This document shows positions 1-10,326 of a stretch of DNA of 64,000 nt, piece after piece. The position numbers and the translations under genes were made by a program. The notes below the pieces were generated by a model, which did not search any database, was not told the origin of the DNA, and was given only the letters and a program-made list of their open reading frames with translations. The stretch is from positions 46,568-110,567 of the forward strand of contig NZXG01000051.1 in assembly GCA_002701845.1 (NCBI GenBank), in the 5' to 3' direction. Positions within the stretch are counted from its first letter, which is position 1; every line of letters starts with the position of its first letter. Origin of the DNA: Pseudomonadales bacterium (GTDB taxonomy: Bacteria > Pseudomonadota > Gammaproteobacteria > Pseudomonadales > Ketobacteraceae).

Positions 1-759
1 ATGACACAGGATTACAGCCAATACACAGCGCCCGATGAACTGCTGCAGGAACGGATTATTCTGGTGACCGGCGCCGGCGCCGGTATCGGCAAGGCAGCGG
101 CTCTCAGCTATGCCCGGCTCGGGGCCACCGTGATTCTGTTGGGACGCAGTGTGGAAAAACTGGAACAGGTTTACGACCAGATTGAGTCCGAGGGCGGCAG
201 CCAGCCGGCCATCGTGCCCCTCAATCTGGAATCCGCCAGCCATCTGGAATACCAACAGATCGCAGAAAACATTGAAGCGGAATTCGGGCGCCTGGACGGC
301 CTGTTGTTAAATGCCGCCGTGCTGGGGGAACTTCGCCCCCTGGAATTTTACCCCATGGATCTGTTTGAACAGGTGATGAAGGTAAATGTGAATGCCCAGT
401 TTATGCTGGTGCGCAACCTTGTTCCCATGTTACGGCAGTCCAATGATGCCTCTGTGATTTTCACCACCTCTTCCGTGGGGCGGCAGGGGCGCGCCAACTG
501 GGGGGCCTATGCCATTTCCAAATTCGCCGTGGAAGGAATGATGCAGACCCTGGCGGATGAGTTGCAGGACTCCAGCAAGATCCGGGTGAACTGCATTAAT
601 CCGGGGGCCACCCGCACCCGCATGCGGGCGGCAGCCTATCCGGCAGAGGAACCGGCAACGGTTTGCCCCCCGGAGGCCATTATGCCCCTGTATAATTTTC
701 TGATGGGACCGGATTCCAAAGGCATTAGCGGCCAGTCGCTGGATGCCCAGCCCAAATGA
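1..759 (+). CDS. yciK: YciK-family short-chain dehydrogenase/reductase
   Basis: TGAGAGIG Rossmann motif, NAA motif, YAISK catalytic YxxxK, and INPGATRTRMRAAAYP C-terminal signature typical of YciK. Confidence 0.9.
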   Translation: MTQDYSQYTAPDELLQERIILVTGAGAGIGKAAALSYARLGATVILLGRSVEKLEQVYDQIESEGGSQPAIVPLNLESASHLEYQQIAENIEAEFGRLDGLLLNAAVLGELRPLEFYPMDLFEQVMKVNVNAQFMLVRNLVPMLRQSNDASVIFTTSSVGRQGRANWGAYAISKFAVEGMMQTLADELQDSSKIRVNCINPGATRTRMRAAAYPAEEPATVCPPEAIMPLYNFLMGPDSKGISGQSLDAQPK

Positions 760-853
760 TCCGCTACCCCGGCGACCACACCGGGGCTTGAACGCCAAAA
801 CCGCCAATGGCATACACTGAGTAAAGGGCAGCCGATTGCCGGATGCCAAATCC

Positions 854-867
854 GACTGAAATTTGAC
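854..867. promoter_or_regulatory. Imperfect FleQ-box-like site upstream of the diguanylate cyclase
   Basis: GACTGAAATTTGAC (reverse GTCAAATTTCAGTC). One good half-site of GTCA-N6-TGAC, ~110 bp upstream of the sigma54 motif. Confidence 0.3.
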
Positions 868-974
868 GCTGGCAGCACCAGAGCCCCAACCCAACCCGGC
901 CCTCTCCTCTCGCCTCGAAAAAATTACTATATTTTTCAGAATCTTATATTCTATTCGGCGAAACTGTTCAAAAA

Positions 975-990
975 TGGCACGATATTAGCT
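975..990 (+). promoter_or_regulatory. Sigma54 (-24/-12) promoter of the diguanylate cyclase
   Basis: TGGCAC-GATAT-TAGCT; GG and GC are 10 nt apart, one mismatch to TGGCAC-N5-TTGC. Confidence 0.65.
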
Positions 991-1045
991 TCACCCGGTG
1001 TAAGGTTTTTATGACGTGATGGACATTCAGCCAGAGGACGCAGCA

Positions 1046-1993
1046 ATGAACGCAATCGCCAGTGCCAGGGTAGTGGACCTGAAAACAGAGGGTCTGGTGG
1101 ACACCCTGCCCAACACCGGGGCCGGCGCCGGCAGCACTGCGCCGGCGGAAGCCGTGGCCCTGGCCCGTCTGAGTGCGCTGCTGCAAACCAGTATCGAATT
1201 GAAGGTGGTGCTGAATCTGTTTTTTCTGGAGGCCCGCCGGGTGCTGACTCTGGATGGCCTGACCTTTACCCACCAGGGCCAGCGCCTGAACCAGCATTTG
1301 GGGGATATCAGCGGCCACAGCACTCAGTATCACATACAGACCGATCGGGATTATCTGGGGGAACTCATTTTTTATCGGGAGGCAGCCCCCTTCAGCCCCG
1401 CCTGCCTGGCCACCCTGGATCGCCTGATCACCACTCTGGTATTTCCCCTGCGCAACAGCCTGCGCTATCTGGAGGCGGTGAAGGCGTCACTCACCGATGG
1501 CCTCACCGGGGCCGGCAACCGGATCAGTCTGGATTCCATGCTGGATCGGGAAGTGGATCAGGCCAACCGCTACGAGCAAGCCCTTTCGGTGCTGATTCTG
1601 GATCTGGATCACTTCAAACGCATCAACGACAGTTTTGGTCACAGCGGCGGTGACGAGGTGTTGCGACGGGTGGCCCGGGCGGTCCAAAACACTTCCCGCA
1701 ACGCGGACATGACGTTCCGTTATGGCGGCGAGGAGTTTGTGGTGTTGCTGACCAAAACCGATGTGGCCGGGGCCAAGATAGGTGCCGAGCGGATCCGGCG
1801 CACCCTGGAGCAACTGGAACTGACATTGGACGGGCAGCGGGTGCCCGTCAGCGCCAGCATCGGCGTCGCCAGTCTCTGCCACGGGGAGGCGCGGGAGGAT
1901 TTATTACGCCGCGCGGACCGGGCCCTGTATCAGGCCAAGGCCCGGGGTCGCAACCGGGTGGTGGTGGCGGAACCGGCCCTGGCCCACGCCTGA
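1046..1993 (+). CDS. Diguanylate cyclase (degenerate GAF-like N-terminus + GGDEF)
   Basis: DLDHFKRIND..GH..GD and RYGGEEF active site, with an RNAD I-site five residues upstream. Start placed at ATG 1046 after GAGGA. Confidence 0.92.
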   Translation: MNAIASARVVDLKTEGLVDTLPNTGAGAGSTAPAEAVALARLSALLQTSIELKVVLNLFFLEARRVLTLDGLTFTHQGQRLNQHLGDISGHSTQYHIQTDRDYLGELIFYREAAPFSPACLATLDRLITTLVFPLRNSLRYLEAVKASLTDGLTGAGNRISLDSMLDREVDQANRYEQALSVLILDLDHFKRINDSFGHSGGDEVLRRVARAVQNTSRNADMTFRYGGEEFVVLLTKTDVAGAKIGAERIRRTLEQLELTLDGQRVPVSASIGVASLCHGEAREDLLRRADRALYQAKARGRNRVVVAEPALAHA

Positions 1994-1997
1994 CACC

Positions 1998-2837
1998 TCA
2001 ATACCTCCGGCGACGCAGATAACCACCCCGTCTCACCTGCTTCTCCACCGCCCGCTCGGAACGGGCCTTGGCACGACCATAAAGCCCGGTGCGTTTCCGC
2101 AGTGCGGCACCGCAGCTTTCCGCCAGCTGGTCAATCACCTCTTTATCCAGTTCGATCCAGTGGCCGGCCTTGAGGTTGCGGGGCAATTGCAGATCACCAT
2201 AACGGACCCGGATCAGACGGCTCACCTGCACCCCCTGGGTCTCCCACATGCGTCGCACCTCGCGCTTGCGGCCCTCGCGCAGGATCACATGATACCAGTG
2301 GTTGGTACCCTCGCCTCCCTGATCAATGATTTCATCGAACCGGGCCGGCCCGTCCAGCAGCATCACACCGTTACGCAGCGCCTCCAGGTTTTCCTCGGTC
2401 ACCTTGCCATGCACCCGCACCGCGTACTCCCGCTCGATGTTGGAAGACGGATGCATCAAACGATTGGCCAGGTCGCCGTCGGTGGTGAACAACAACAAGC
2501 CCTGGCTGTTTACGTCCAGGCGACCAATGGCCACCCAGCGCTGGTCCTGCAGTTTGGGCAGGGCAGCAAACACCGTGGGCCGGCCATTGGGGTCGGTGCG
2601 GGTACAAACCTCGCCTTCGGGTTTGTAATACATGATGACCCGCCGCAGGCTTTCCTCTTCACTGACGAAGTCGATCACCCGGCCGTCCACCCGCAACTCA
2701 TCACCGTCGCTGATGCGATCGCCCAGGGTGGCGATCTGACCGTTTACCGATACCCGGCCGGCACTGATCCACTCCTCCATGGCGCGCCGGGATCCCAGGC
2801 CCGCCCGGGCCAGAACCTTTTGTATTTTTTCACTCAT
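1998..2837 (-). CDS. rluB: 23S rRNA pseudouridine(2605) synthase RluB
   Basis: S4 domain (EKIQKVLARAGLGSRR), GRLDVNSQGLLL catalytic Asp motif, located downstream of scpAB. Confidence 0.93.
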   Translation of the reverse strand: MSEKIQKVLARAGLGSRRAMEEWISAGRVSVNGQIATLGDRISDGDELRVDGRVIDFVSEEESLRRVIMYYKPEGEVCTRTDPNGRPTVFAALPKLQDQRWVAIGRLDVNSQGLLLFTTDGDLANRLMHPSSNIEREYAVRVHGKVTEENLEALRNGVMLLDGPARFDEIIDQGGEGTNHWYHVILREGRKREVRRMWETQGVQVSRLIRVRYGDLQLPRNLKAGHWIELDKEVIDQLAESCGAALRKRTGLYGRAKARSERAVEKQVRRGGYLRRRRY

Positions 2838-3002
2838 GGGTCAATGCACTCTTCTTGCTGGCGGGGGCGCTAACCGACGCCACCACGCCGTACCAATCAC
2901 AACAGTCGTTACAAAGTCCCCCGGCCCCCAGTAACCTCACGGCAACTGATGCTGGAACCGGGCGATGGTTAAATTTAGCCAGCCAATTCTAGAATACTCA
3001 AC

Positions 3003-3854
3003 CTAGGACCAACGATCCGGTTCCGTTTCCGATTCAGCATCGGTGGGCGCCGGCTCTGCAGTGGATTCGCCAGAGTCGGCATCCTCCCCGGCACCGGGTT
3101 GCTGGGCAGCGGCCACCGGCCCATCCGGCTCCGGAGCCTGTTGTTCCGGGACGTTGTCCTCAGCTCTGGGCTCCTGAGCAGCTTCTGCTTCAGCCGCTGC
3201 CTCCAGAGCGGCTCCTGCCCCGGTTTCCGCCAGAGACCCGGTGCCCGCACCCGCTTCCTGCGGGTTCTGCGTCTCCGGCTCACGGCCTCCCGGCACCAGC
3301 TCCAGTTCCGCGTTGATGGCATCCAGATCCCGGATCTCCGCCAATGACGGCAGTTGGTCCAGGTTTTTCAGATTGAAATAATCCAGAAACTGACGGGTGG
3401 TGCCGTACATGGCGGGACGCCCCGGCACATCCCGATGGCCCACCACCCGGATCCACTCCCGCTCCAGCAGGGTTTTGGTGATATGGGTACTGACGCTGAC
3501 TCCGCGAATTTCTTCGATTTCCCCCCGGGTGATGGGTTGGCGGTAGGCAATCAGGGCCAGGGTTTCCAGCAGGGCCCGGGAATATCGGGGAGGCTTTTCC
3601 TCCCACAGCCGGCTCACCCAGGGTGCCACGGACTCCTGCACCTGAAATCGGTAACCGGAAGCCACTTCCTTCAGCATCACCCCCCGTTCCCGGTAGTCGT
3701 CGCGTAGTTGGGTCAATACCTCAACCAGGATTTCCGTGGCCGGGGCCTCCTCCTCGGGAAACAGGGCCACGATTTTGTCCAGCTTCATGGGTTGGCCCGC
3801 CGCGAACAGCGCGCCTTCCACGATGCGTTTGATTTGTTCCAGCTCAAGAGACAT
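3003..3854 (-). CDS. scpB: SMC-Scp complex subunit ScpB with acidic C-terminal tail
   Basis: LETLALIAYRQPITRGEIEEIRGV and GRPAMYGTTRQFLDYFNL motifs. Start at ATG 3854 overlaps the scpA end. Confidence 0.95.
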   Translation of the reverse strand: MSLELEQIKRIVEGALFAAGQPMKLDKIVALFPEEEAPATEILVEVLTQLRDDYRERGVMLKEVASGYRFQVQESVAPWVSRLWEEKPPRYSRALLETLALIAYRQPITRGEIEEIRGVSVSTHITKTLLEREWIRVVGHRDVPGRPAMYGTTRQFLDYFNLKNLDQLPSLAEIRDLDAINAELELVPGGREPETQNPQEAGAGTGSLAETGAGAALEAAAEAEAAQEPRAEDNVPEQQAPEPDGPVAAAQQPGAGEDADSGESTAEPAPTDAESETEPDRWS

Positions 3855-4851
3855 TGTTGTTATCTTCGCTCTCGGGTTGTCCGGCGCCGACATCATCGGC
3901 ATCCGCGTCCGGTTGTTCCAGTACCGGCGGCGCTCCGGCCTCAAAGGCAGTTTCCAACTCGCCCTCCGGCTGCTCGGCTTCGTCCTCCGGTTCGATTTCA
4001 TGGGCGGATTCACGGGCTTTGACGTGAATTGGCCCCAGGGGCTCACTTTGAATCAGCTCGATCAGCGATTCCTTCACCAGTTCCAGGATGGCCAGAAACG
4101 TCACCACTACACCCAACCGCCCCTCGGCATAGGTAAACAGACTGACAAAAGGCACGAAGCGGTCTTCGCTGAGACGCTCCAGCACCTGGCTCATCCGCTC
4201 CCGGGTGGACAGCCGTTCCCGGCTCACCTGATGGCTTTCAAACATATCCGCCCGGTTGAGCACTTCCTGCAGCGCCAGCAGCACCTCCCGCAGATCCACC
4301 TCGGGATGAGTTCGCTCCCGCTCGTAGCGGGGTGGCTCGGCCTCCGCCAGATACACCTCACGGCCCACCCGGGGCATCTCGTCCAGATCCTCCGCGGCTT
4401 TTTTGTAACGCTCGTACTCCTGCAGCCGGCGGATCAACTCCGCCCGGGGGTCGTGTTCATCTTCTTCGGCCTCCGGTTGCCGTGGCAGCAGCATGCGGGA
4501 TTTGATTTCCCCCAGCAGCGCCGCCATTACCAGGTATTCCGCCGCCAGCTCCAGGTTCAGGCTCTTCATCAACTCCACGTACTGCATATACTGGCTGGTG
4601 ATCTGAGCCACCGGCACATCCAGGATATCCAGGTTCTGCCGTTTGATCAGATAGAGCAGCAGATCCAGTGGCCCCTCGAAGGCCTCGAGGATAACTTCCA
4701 GCGCGTCAGGGGGAATGTAGAGATCCTGGGGCAACTTGGTGAAAGCTTCGCCATACACCAGGGCAAAGGGCATCTCTTCCTGCAGTGGCTGGTGGCCTTC
4801 AGCCTCCGGCGGATCGGCCACCGCCGGGCTTTCCGGTTCAGACACGGCCAT
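3844..4851 (-). CDS. scpA: Segregation and condensation protein ScpA
   Basis: FEGPLDLLLYLI and AAEYLVMAALL..IKSRMLLP motifs. ATG overlaps the trpS TGA. Confidence 0.95.
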   Translation of the reverse strand: MAVSEPESPAVADPPEAEGHQPLQEEMPFALVYGEAFTKLPQDLYIPPDALEVILEAFEGPLDLLLYLIKRQNLDILDVPVAQITSQYMQYVELMKSLNLELAAEYLVMAALLGEIKSRMLLPRQPEAEEDEHDPRAELIRRLQEYERYKKAAEDLDEMPRVGREVYLAEAEPPRYERERTHPEVDLREVLLALQEVLNRADMFESHQVSRERLSTRERMSQVLERLSEDRFVPFVSLFTYAEGRLGVVVTFLAILELVKESLIELIQSEPLGPIHVKARESAHEIEPEDEAEQPEGELETAFEAGAPPVLEQPDADADDVGAGQPESEDNNNVS

Positions 4852-6065
4852 CAGTTGTATCCCAGCCCCATGGCGTCGCGCACATCTTCCAGGGTTTGCT
4901 TGGCGATATCCCGGGCTTTTTCGCAACCCTCCGCCACGATGCTGCGCACCAGATCCGGATTGCCGGTATATTCCGCCGCCCGCTGGCGAATGGGCTGCAG
5001 CTCTTCCTGTAGTGCGTCGATCAGGGGCTTTTTGCAATCCAGACAACCGATTCCGGCATTGCGGCAACCCTGCTGCACCCATTCCCGGGTACCGTCATCG
5101 GAATACACCAGGTGCCATTGCCAAACCGGGCATTTTTCCGGATCGCCAGGGTCGGTGCGACGGACCCGGGCGGGGTCCGTGGGCATGGTGCGGATCTTAC
5201 TGGACACCTCGTCCTCGGTGTCCCGCAGGGTAATGGCGTTGTTGTAGGACTTGGACATCTTGCGCCCATCCAGCCCCGGCATTTTTGAGGCCGGGGTCAG
5301 CAACGCCTGCGGCTCCGGCAGGATCACCTTGCCGCTGCCCTCAATAAAACCATGCAGGCGCTCTTTGTCACTCAGGGTAATGTTCTGCTGATCCCGCACC
5401 AGGGCATGGGCGGTTTCCAGGGCATCGTCGTCCCCCTGTTCCTGGTACTTGTTGAGCAGGCTGCGATACAGTTTGGCGGCTTTTTTGCCCATCTTCTGAA
5501 TGGCCTGCTCCACCATTTCCTCAAACCCGGGTTCACGCCCATAAAGGTAGTTGAAGCGCCGGGCCACTTCCCGGGTCAGTTCAATGTGGGACACCTGATC
5601 CGCCCCCACCGGCACCTGGCCGGCCCGATAAATCAGAATATCGGCACTCTGCAGCAGCGGGTAACCCAGAAAACCATAGGTGGCGAGATCCTTTTCCTTC
5701 AACTGCTCAATCTGATCCTTATAAGTGGGCACCCGTTCCAGCCAGCCCAGGGGGGTCATCATGGACAGCAGCAGGTGCAGCTCAGCATGTTCCGGCACCC
5801 GGCTCTGAATAAACAACGTGGCACTGCCGGGGTTGATGCCCGCCGCCAGCCAGTCCACCACCATGTCCCACACCGATTCTTCAATGATTCGGGGATCCTC
5901 ATAGTGCGTGGTCAGCGCATGCCAGTCCGCCACGAACAGAAAGCATTCGAACTCATGCTGAAGTTTCACCCAGTTTTTGAGAACGCCGTGATAGTGGCCA
6001 AGGTGCAGATTGCCTGTGGGGCGCATGCCGGAAAGAACACGCTGCTCCGAAACTGCTGAGCTCAA
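4851..6065 (-). CDS. trpS: Tryptophan--tRNA ligase
   Basis: SGMRPTGNLHLGH (HIGH), KMSKS and GYPLLQSADIL motifs. Confidence 0.96.
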   Translation of the reverse strand: MSSAVSEQRVLSGMRPTGNLHLGHYHGVLKNWVKLQHEFECFLFVADWHALTTHYEDPRIIEESVWDMVVDWLAAGINPGSATLFIQSRVPEHAELHLLLSMMTPLGWLERVPTYKDQIEQLKEKDLATYGFLGYPLLQSADILIYRAGQVPVGADQVSHIELTREVARRFNYLYGREPGFEEMVEQAIQKMGKKAAKLYRSLLNKYQEQGDDDALETAHALVRDQQNITLSDKERLHGFIEGSGKVILPEPQALLTPASKMPGLDGRKMSKSYNNAITLRDTEDEVSSKIRTMPTDPARVRRTDPGDPEKCPVWQWHLVYSDDGTREWVQQGCRNAGIGCLDCKKPLIDALQEELQPIRQRAAEYTGNPDLVRSIVAEGCEKARDIAKQTLEDVRDAMGLGYN

Positions 6066-6195
6066 GGTAAACTCCTGATTTTAGGATAATAATTCGTAAT
6101 GACCGGTAACCAGCGCAACGCCGTTACCGAAAGGACACCAGATTCCGGCCGATTATACCGGGATTCCTGCCCGCGCCGAAAGCCATTGCCACCAA

Positions 6196-6816
6196 CTACT
6201 GGAAGGCGCTCACATCCCCCTTCCCCTGCCGCAGAATCACCGGCGCCTCCTCCTCCAGGTCCACCACGGTGGTGGTTTCAACCTCACCCCAACCCCCGTC
6301 CAGCACCAGGTCCACCCGCCCGCTGACCCGCTCGTGGATCTCCTCCGGATCAATCAGGGGAAATTCATCCCCGGGCAACAACAGGGTGGTGCTCATGATC
6401 GGCTCCCCCATTGCCTCCAGCAAGGCCTGCACCACGGTATTGTCCGGCACCCGCAGGCCCAGGGTTTTCTTCTTGGCGTGCATCAGTCGTCGGGGCACTT
6501 CGCCGGTGGCCCGCAGGACGAAGGTATAGGGCCCCGGGGTATGGGCTTTTAACAGGCGGAAAGCCCAGTTCTCCACTTTGGCGTAAGTGGCCAGCTCCGA
6601 CAGGTCGCGACAGAGGATAGTGAACTGGTGTTTGTCGTCCAGACGCCGCAATTGCACGATGCGCTCCAGACCCCGCTTGTTTTCCAGGGCACACCCCACC
6701 GCATAGGCGGCATCGGTGGGATAGACCACCACTTCACCGGCCCGCAGCCGCTGTGCCGCCTGATCAATCAGGCGTGTTTGCGGATTGTCGGGATGAACAC
6801 GAAATATATCTGTCAT
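6196..6816 (-). CDS. yciO: Sua5/YciO/YrdC-family (threonylcarbamoyl-AMP synthase-like) protein
   Basis: VVVYPTDAAYAVGC, TPGPYTFVL and GLRVP motifs; PHP-yciO-trpS synteny. Confidence 0.88.
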   Translation of the reverse strand: MTDIFRVHPDNPQTRLIDQAAQRLRAGEVVVYPTDAAYAVGCALENKRGLERIVQLRRLDDKHQFTILCRDLSELATYAKVENWAFRLLKAHTPGPYTFVLRATGEVPRRLMHAKKKTLGLRVPDNTVVQALLEAMGEPIMSTTLLLPGDEFPLIDPEEIHERVSGRVDLVLDGGWGEVETTTVVDLEEEAPVILRQGKGDVSAFQ

Positions 6817-6829
6817 GGAACGGCCTGCT

Positions 6830-7690
6830 TCAACCCCTTGATCTGCCCGCCAGCAGGTCGGTGACCGGCCGGCACACGGAGGGCAACCGGGGCATCCGCC
6901 CCACCTGCACCCAGCGCATGGAGGGGCCATGATAGTCGCTTCCCTGTGAAGCATAAAGCGCAAATTCAACCGTCAAATCAGCAAGTTGTTTGACCATATC
7001 CGGGCTATGAGTGGACACGCTCACTTCCAGTGCCTGCCCCCCCGCCGCGCTAAAGCCCTGCACCAGCCGCCGCAGCTTCTTGCGGGTCAGCCGGTAGCGG
7101 CCCGGATGGGCCAGCACCGCCACGCCCCCCGCCTCCCGAATCCAGCGCACGGCGGTTTCCAGCTCCGGCCAGGCCGTGCGCACATAGGCGGGCTTGCCCT
7201 GGGCCAGGTATTGTTGAAACGCCTGCTTGCGATCCCGACACCGGCCCTGTGCCACCAGCACCTGGGCAAAATGGGGCCGCGCCGGCAGCCCCCGGGGCGC
7301 CAGCTCAGCCGCTTGCTGGAGCGGATCCTCCAGCCCCAGTTTCTGCAGCCGGGCGCCGATAGCAGCGGCCCGTTGCCGACGCCGTTCAGCCTGGGACGCC
7401 AGCCGCTCCAGTAAACGCGCATCCCGGGATCGCACCCCCAGGCCCACCACATGGATATCCTGGCTGGCCCACAGGGAGGAGATCTCCACCCCGTCCACCA
7501 GTTCCAGCCCTGCTGCCTCGCTGGCCAGCCGGGCCTCGGCCAGCCCCGCCATGGTGTCATGGTCGGTCAGTGCCAGCTGTCGGACACCGGCGGCAGCCGC
7601 CAGTGCAACCACCCGCGCCGGAGTCAGCTCACCATCGGAGGCGGTGCTGTGCAAATGAAAATCCACGCTGGCGTTGGGGGTGTGATGCAA
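6830..7690 (-). CDS. yciV: PHP-domain protein (YciV/TrpH-like 3',5'-nucleoside bisphosphate phosphatase)
   Basis: DFHLHSTASDG, LALTDHDT, AHP and GSDYHG metal ligands. TTG start. Confidence 0.88.
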   Translation of the reverse strand: MHHTPNASVDFHLHSTASDGELTPARVVALAAAAGVRQLALTDHDTMAGLAEARLASEAAGLELVDGVEISSLWASQDIHVVGLGVRSRDARLLERLASQAERRRQRAAAIGARLQKLGLEDPLQQAAELAPRGLPARPHFAQVLVAQGRCRDRKQAFQQYLAQGKPAYVRTAWPELETAVRWIREAGGVAVLAHPGRYRLTRKKLRRLVQGFSAAGGQALEVSVSTHSPDMVKQLADLTVEFALYASQGSDYHGPSMRWVQVGRMPRLPSVCRPVTDLLAGRSRG

Positions 7691-7772
7691 AACAAGGTTC
7701 CTCGTGACAGGGAGTGCTTCAGCCCGTCAAATATTCTATCATTGGCGGCACAATTGTGATGACTAGCTTGAT

Positions 7773-8357
7773 ATGAAACAGTTTTTCGATTTCTTCCCGG
7801 TGCTTCTCTTCGTCATAGCCTACTACACCAGCAAAGACATGATTCTGTCCACCAAAGTCCTGCTGGCGGCCAGTGTGGTACAAATCGCGGTGTTCTGGCT
7901 GTGGAAGCGGACAGTGGAAAAGATGCATCTGGGCACCTTCGCCGTGGTTCTGGTCATGGGCAGCCTCACCATATTTCTGGATGATCCCATTTTTATCATC
8001 TGGAAACCCTCCATCGTTAACTGGTCCATTGCCGCAGTCTTCTTGATCAGCCTGTTGATCCGGCGCAATCTGGTGCGCAAGGCGGTGGAGGGCTTCCTGA
8101 AGCAGACACCGCATCTCAAACTGCAGATGCCGGAGAAAAACTGGGGTCCCTTGTGTCTGGTGTGGGTGCTGTTTTTTATCGCCCTGGGGGTCATCAATCT
8201 GTTTGTCTACTTCACCTACGGCGAGGATTTCTGGGTCACTTTCAAGCTGGTGGGTTTTTCGATCATCAATATGGTGTTTTTCGTGGGCCAGTTCCTTTAC
8301 CTTTCACGCTACATCTCGGAAACCAAAACTGACAGCAATCAGGAGTCACAGGGATAA
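7773..8357 (+). CDS. yciB: Inner membrane protein YciB (IspZ/intracellular septation protein A)
   Basis: [23 protein letters not shown] and WVTFKLVG motifs; multiple TM helices. Confidence 0.92.
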   Translation: MKQFFDFFPVLLFVIAYYTSKDMILSTKVLLAASVVQIAVFWLWKRTVEKMHLGTFAVVLVMGSLTIFLDDPIFIIWKPSIVNWSIAAVFLISLLIRRNLVRKAVEGFLKQTPHLKLQMPEKNWGPLCLVWVLFFIALGVINLFVYFTYGEDFWVTFKLVGFSIINMVFFVGQFLYLSRYISETKTDSNQESQG

Positions 8358-8656
8358 TGTACTACGCCATTATCAGTGAGGACGTGGAAAACAGCCTGGA
8401 GCAACGCAAAACCGCACGGGGTGACCACCTGGCGCGACTGGAGGACCTGCAGCAACAGGGCCGCCTGCTGGTGGCCGGACCCTGCCCGGCCATTGACAGT
8501 GAAGACCCCGGCGAGGCCGGTTTCAGCGGCAGCCTGGTGATTGCCGAATTCGAAAATCTGGCCGCGGCCCAGACCTGGGCGGATGCTGACCCCTATGTCA
8601 GCGCCGGCGTCTATCAGCAGGTGGTGGTCAAACCTTATAAAAAAGTTATGCCCTGA
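8357..8656 (+). CDS. yciI: YciI family protein
   Basis: HLARL..L...GRLLVAGP and WADADPY motifs; ATG overlaps the yciB stop. Confidence 0.93.
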   Translation: MYYAIISEDVENSLEQRKTARGDHLARLEDLQQQGRLLVAGPCPAIDSEDPGEAGFSGSLVIAEFENLAAAQTWADADPYVSAGVYQQVVVKPYKKVMP

Positions 8657-8719
8657 CCCGCTGGCGGAAAATCAATCCGCCGCAACCCGCCATCATCAAT
8701 ATCAAAACGGGGAACCACA

Positions 8720-9379
8720 GTGAGAAAACGGCTTTGCTCCTTTATATTTTTATTGCTCACCGCCTGGGTCACACCGGCGCTGGCAAAAACCGTCTACATC
8801 CACGACAACCTGCGGGTGGACCTGCGCAGTGGCCCCAGCCTGGAATACCGGATTATCGATTTCCTGCGTAGCGGCACCTCCATGGAGATCCTGGAGGAAT
8901 CCGGTGAGTGGATAAAGGTGCGGGTGGATGGCAAAACCGGCTGGATTCAATCCCAGTACACCACCGAAGAACCCATTGCCCGCGACCGCCTGGTCCGTGC
9001 CCTGCAACAAATCGAACGCCTGCAACAGGAGAACGGCCAGCTCAAGGAGCAACTGGGTTCCACGGAAAATCAGCTTGATTCTCTGCAATCCGATCACAGC
9101 AAAATGAGCCAGAGCACTGAGCAGTTGCAACAGGAGCTGGATCGCATTCAGAAAGTGTCCCGCAATGCCATAGCCACGGAACAGGCCTATCGACAGTTGC
9201 AGGAGGAAGCGGAACTGCTGAAGGTGGATATCGAAAAGCTGAAAGTGGACAACATGCGGCTATCCGAGGAAAAACTCAAAGAGGGCTTTCAGTGGGGCGC
9301 CGCCGCGGTGGTACTGGGTATGATCATCGCCTGGTTGTTTATGAAAAGCAGTGGCCGTAAACGTCGCAGTGAATGGTGA
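8720..9379 (+). CDS. SH3 domain/coiled-coil membrane-anchored protein (TIGR04211, YgiM/HtrG-like)
   Basis: Signal peptide, YIHDNL.V.LRSGPS..YRII SH3 segment, long coiled coil, C-terminal TM followed by RKRRSEW. Confidence 0.85.
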   Translation: MRKRLCSFIFLLLTAWVTPALAKTVYIHDNLRVDLRSGPSLEYRIIDFLRSGTSMEILEESGEWIKVRVDGKTGWIQSQYTTEEPIARDRLVRALQQIERLQQENGQLKEQLGSTENQLDSLQSDHSKMSQSTEQLQQELDRIQKVSRNAIATEQAYRQLQEEAELLKVDIEKLKVDNMRLSEEKLKEGFQWGAAAVVLGMIIAWLFMKSSGRKRRSEW

Positions 9380-9495
9380 ACCGGAGTTCCAACGTTCACC
9401 ACGGCGCCTGTCAGTAGCCGGACCATGGTCTATGGTTATTGCAGGGGCCGGCGCCGGGCCGGTGACCACAGCCTCCAGCACGGGGTGACACCGAA

Positions 9496-10326
9496 TTGCG
9501 ACCCAACCTGCATAAAAACACCATCGACGTCTTTATGGGCTTCGGTGGCGTGCACCCGGCGGAAAATACCAAAGCCGTAAAGTGGGGCAGCTACCTGGAA
9601 GCCCCCATGCTGATCATCGCCCTGTGGATATTGCTGGACTGGTATCTGGTGAGCAACGGCCTGCTGGAATCCCGCCAGCGCCTGGTGTTCGACTGGATTG
9701 TGTGGGGATTCTTCCTGCTGGAAACCAGTCTGCTGACCACCCTGGCCAGTGAAAAATGGCGCCACCTGCGGCGCAACTGGGCCAACGTCGCCATTATCGT
9801 GCTGGCATTTCCGCCCCTGTTCCAGGCCAATGACCAATTCGGGATGTTGCGGCTGATCCGGCTACTGTTTTTGATCGGCTTCTTCAGTCATAACTTCCGC
9901 ATTGTGATGAACGTGCTGCAGCAGAACCACCTGGGCAAGACCCTGGTGATCAGTGCCATTTTCATCACCGGTGCCGGCATCCTGATCGCCGGCATCGACC
10001 CGGGAATTGGTTCCGCCGCCGAAGGCGTATGGTGGGCCTGGGTCACCGTCACCACCGTGGGCTATGGCGACGTGGTGCCCCAGTCCACCGAAGGACGGAT
10101 CTTTGCCTCCCTGTTGATCCTGATGGGCATCTGCCTGGTGTCCCTGATCACCGCCAATGTTTCAGCCTACCTGTTGTCCCGTTCCAGTGAGCGTGAACTG
10201 CGGTATGAGCAGCGGGAACTGCGCAAACTGCTGGACCTTGAGGAACGCCTGGACAACCTGGACCGCAAGGTGGACAGTATCCTCGAGCAGCTGCGACAAA
10301 ACGATAGATCACGTACGGACAAGTGA
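9496..10326 (+). CDS. Potassium channel family protein (ion transport domain)
   Basis: WWAWVTVTTVGYGD selectivity filter, S4-like LRLIRL segment, C-terminal coiled coil. Start codon uncertain. Confidence 0.88.
   Translation: MRPNLHKNTIDVFMGFGGVHPAENTKAVKWGSYLEAPMLIIALWILLDWYLVSNGLLESRQRLVFDWIVWGFFLLETSLLTTLASEKWRHLRRNWANVAIIVLAFPPLFQANDQFGMLRLIRLLFLIGFFSHNFRIVMNVLQQNHLGKTLVISAIFITGAGILIAGIDPGIGSAAEGVWWAWVTVTTVGYGDVVPQSTEGRIFASLLILMGICLVSLITANVSAYLLSRSSERELRYEQRELRKLLDLEERLDNLDRKVDSILEQLRQNDRSRTDK

Noticed and set aside
3736-5247. Long antisense ORFs (503 aa here; also 15382-16584, 20098-21663, 34295-35542, 39599-40741, 46571-47449)
   Set aside because: They lie opposite well-supported genes, show no recognisable motifs, and are expected shadows in GC-rich DNA.
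5340-5560. Large insertion in TrpS (REPGFEEMVEQ...GSGKVIL)
   Set aside because: Longer TrpS proteins with this helical insert are a known form in this group; not an intein or frameshift.
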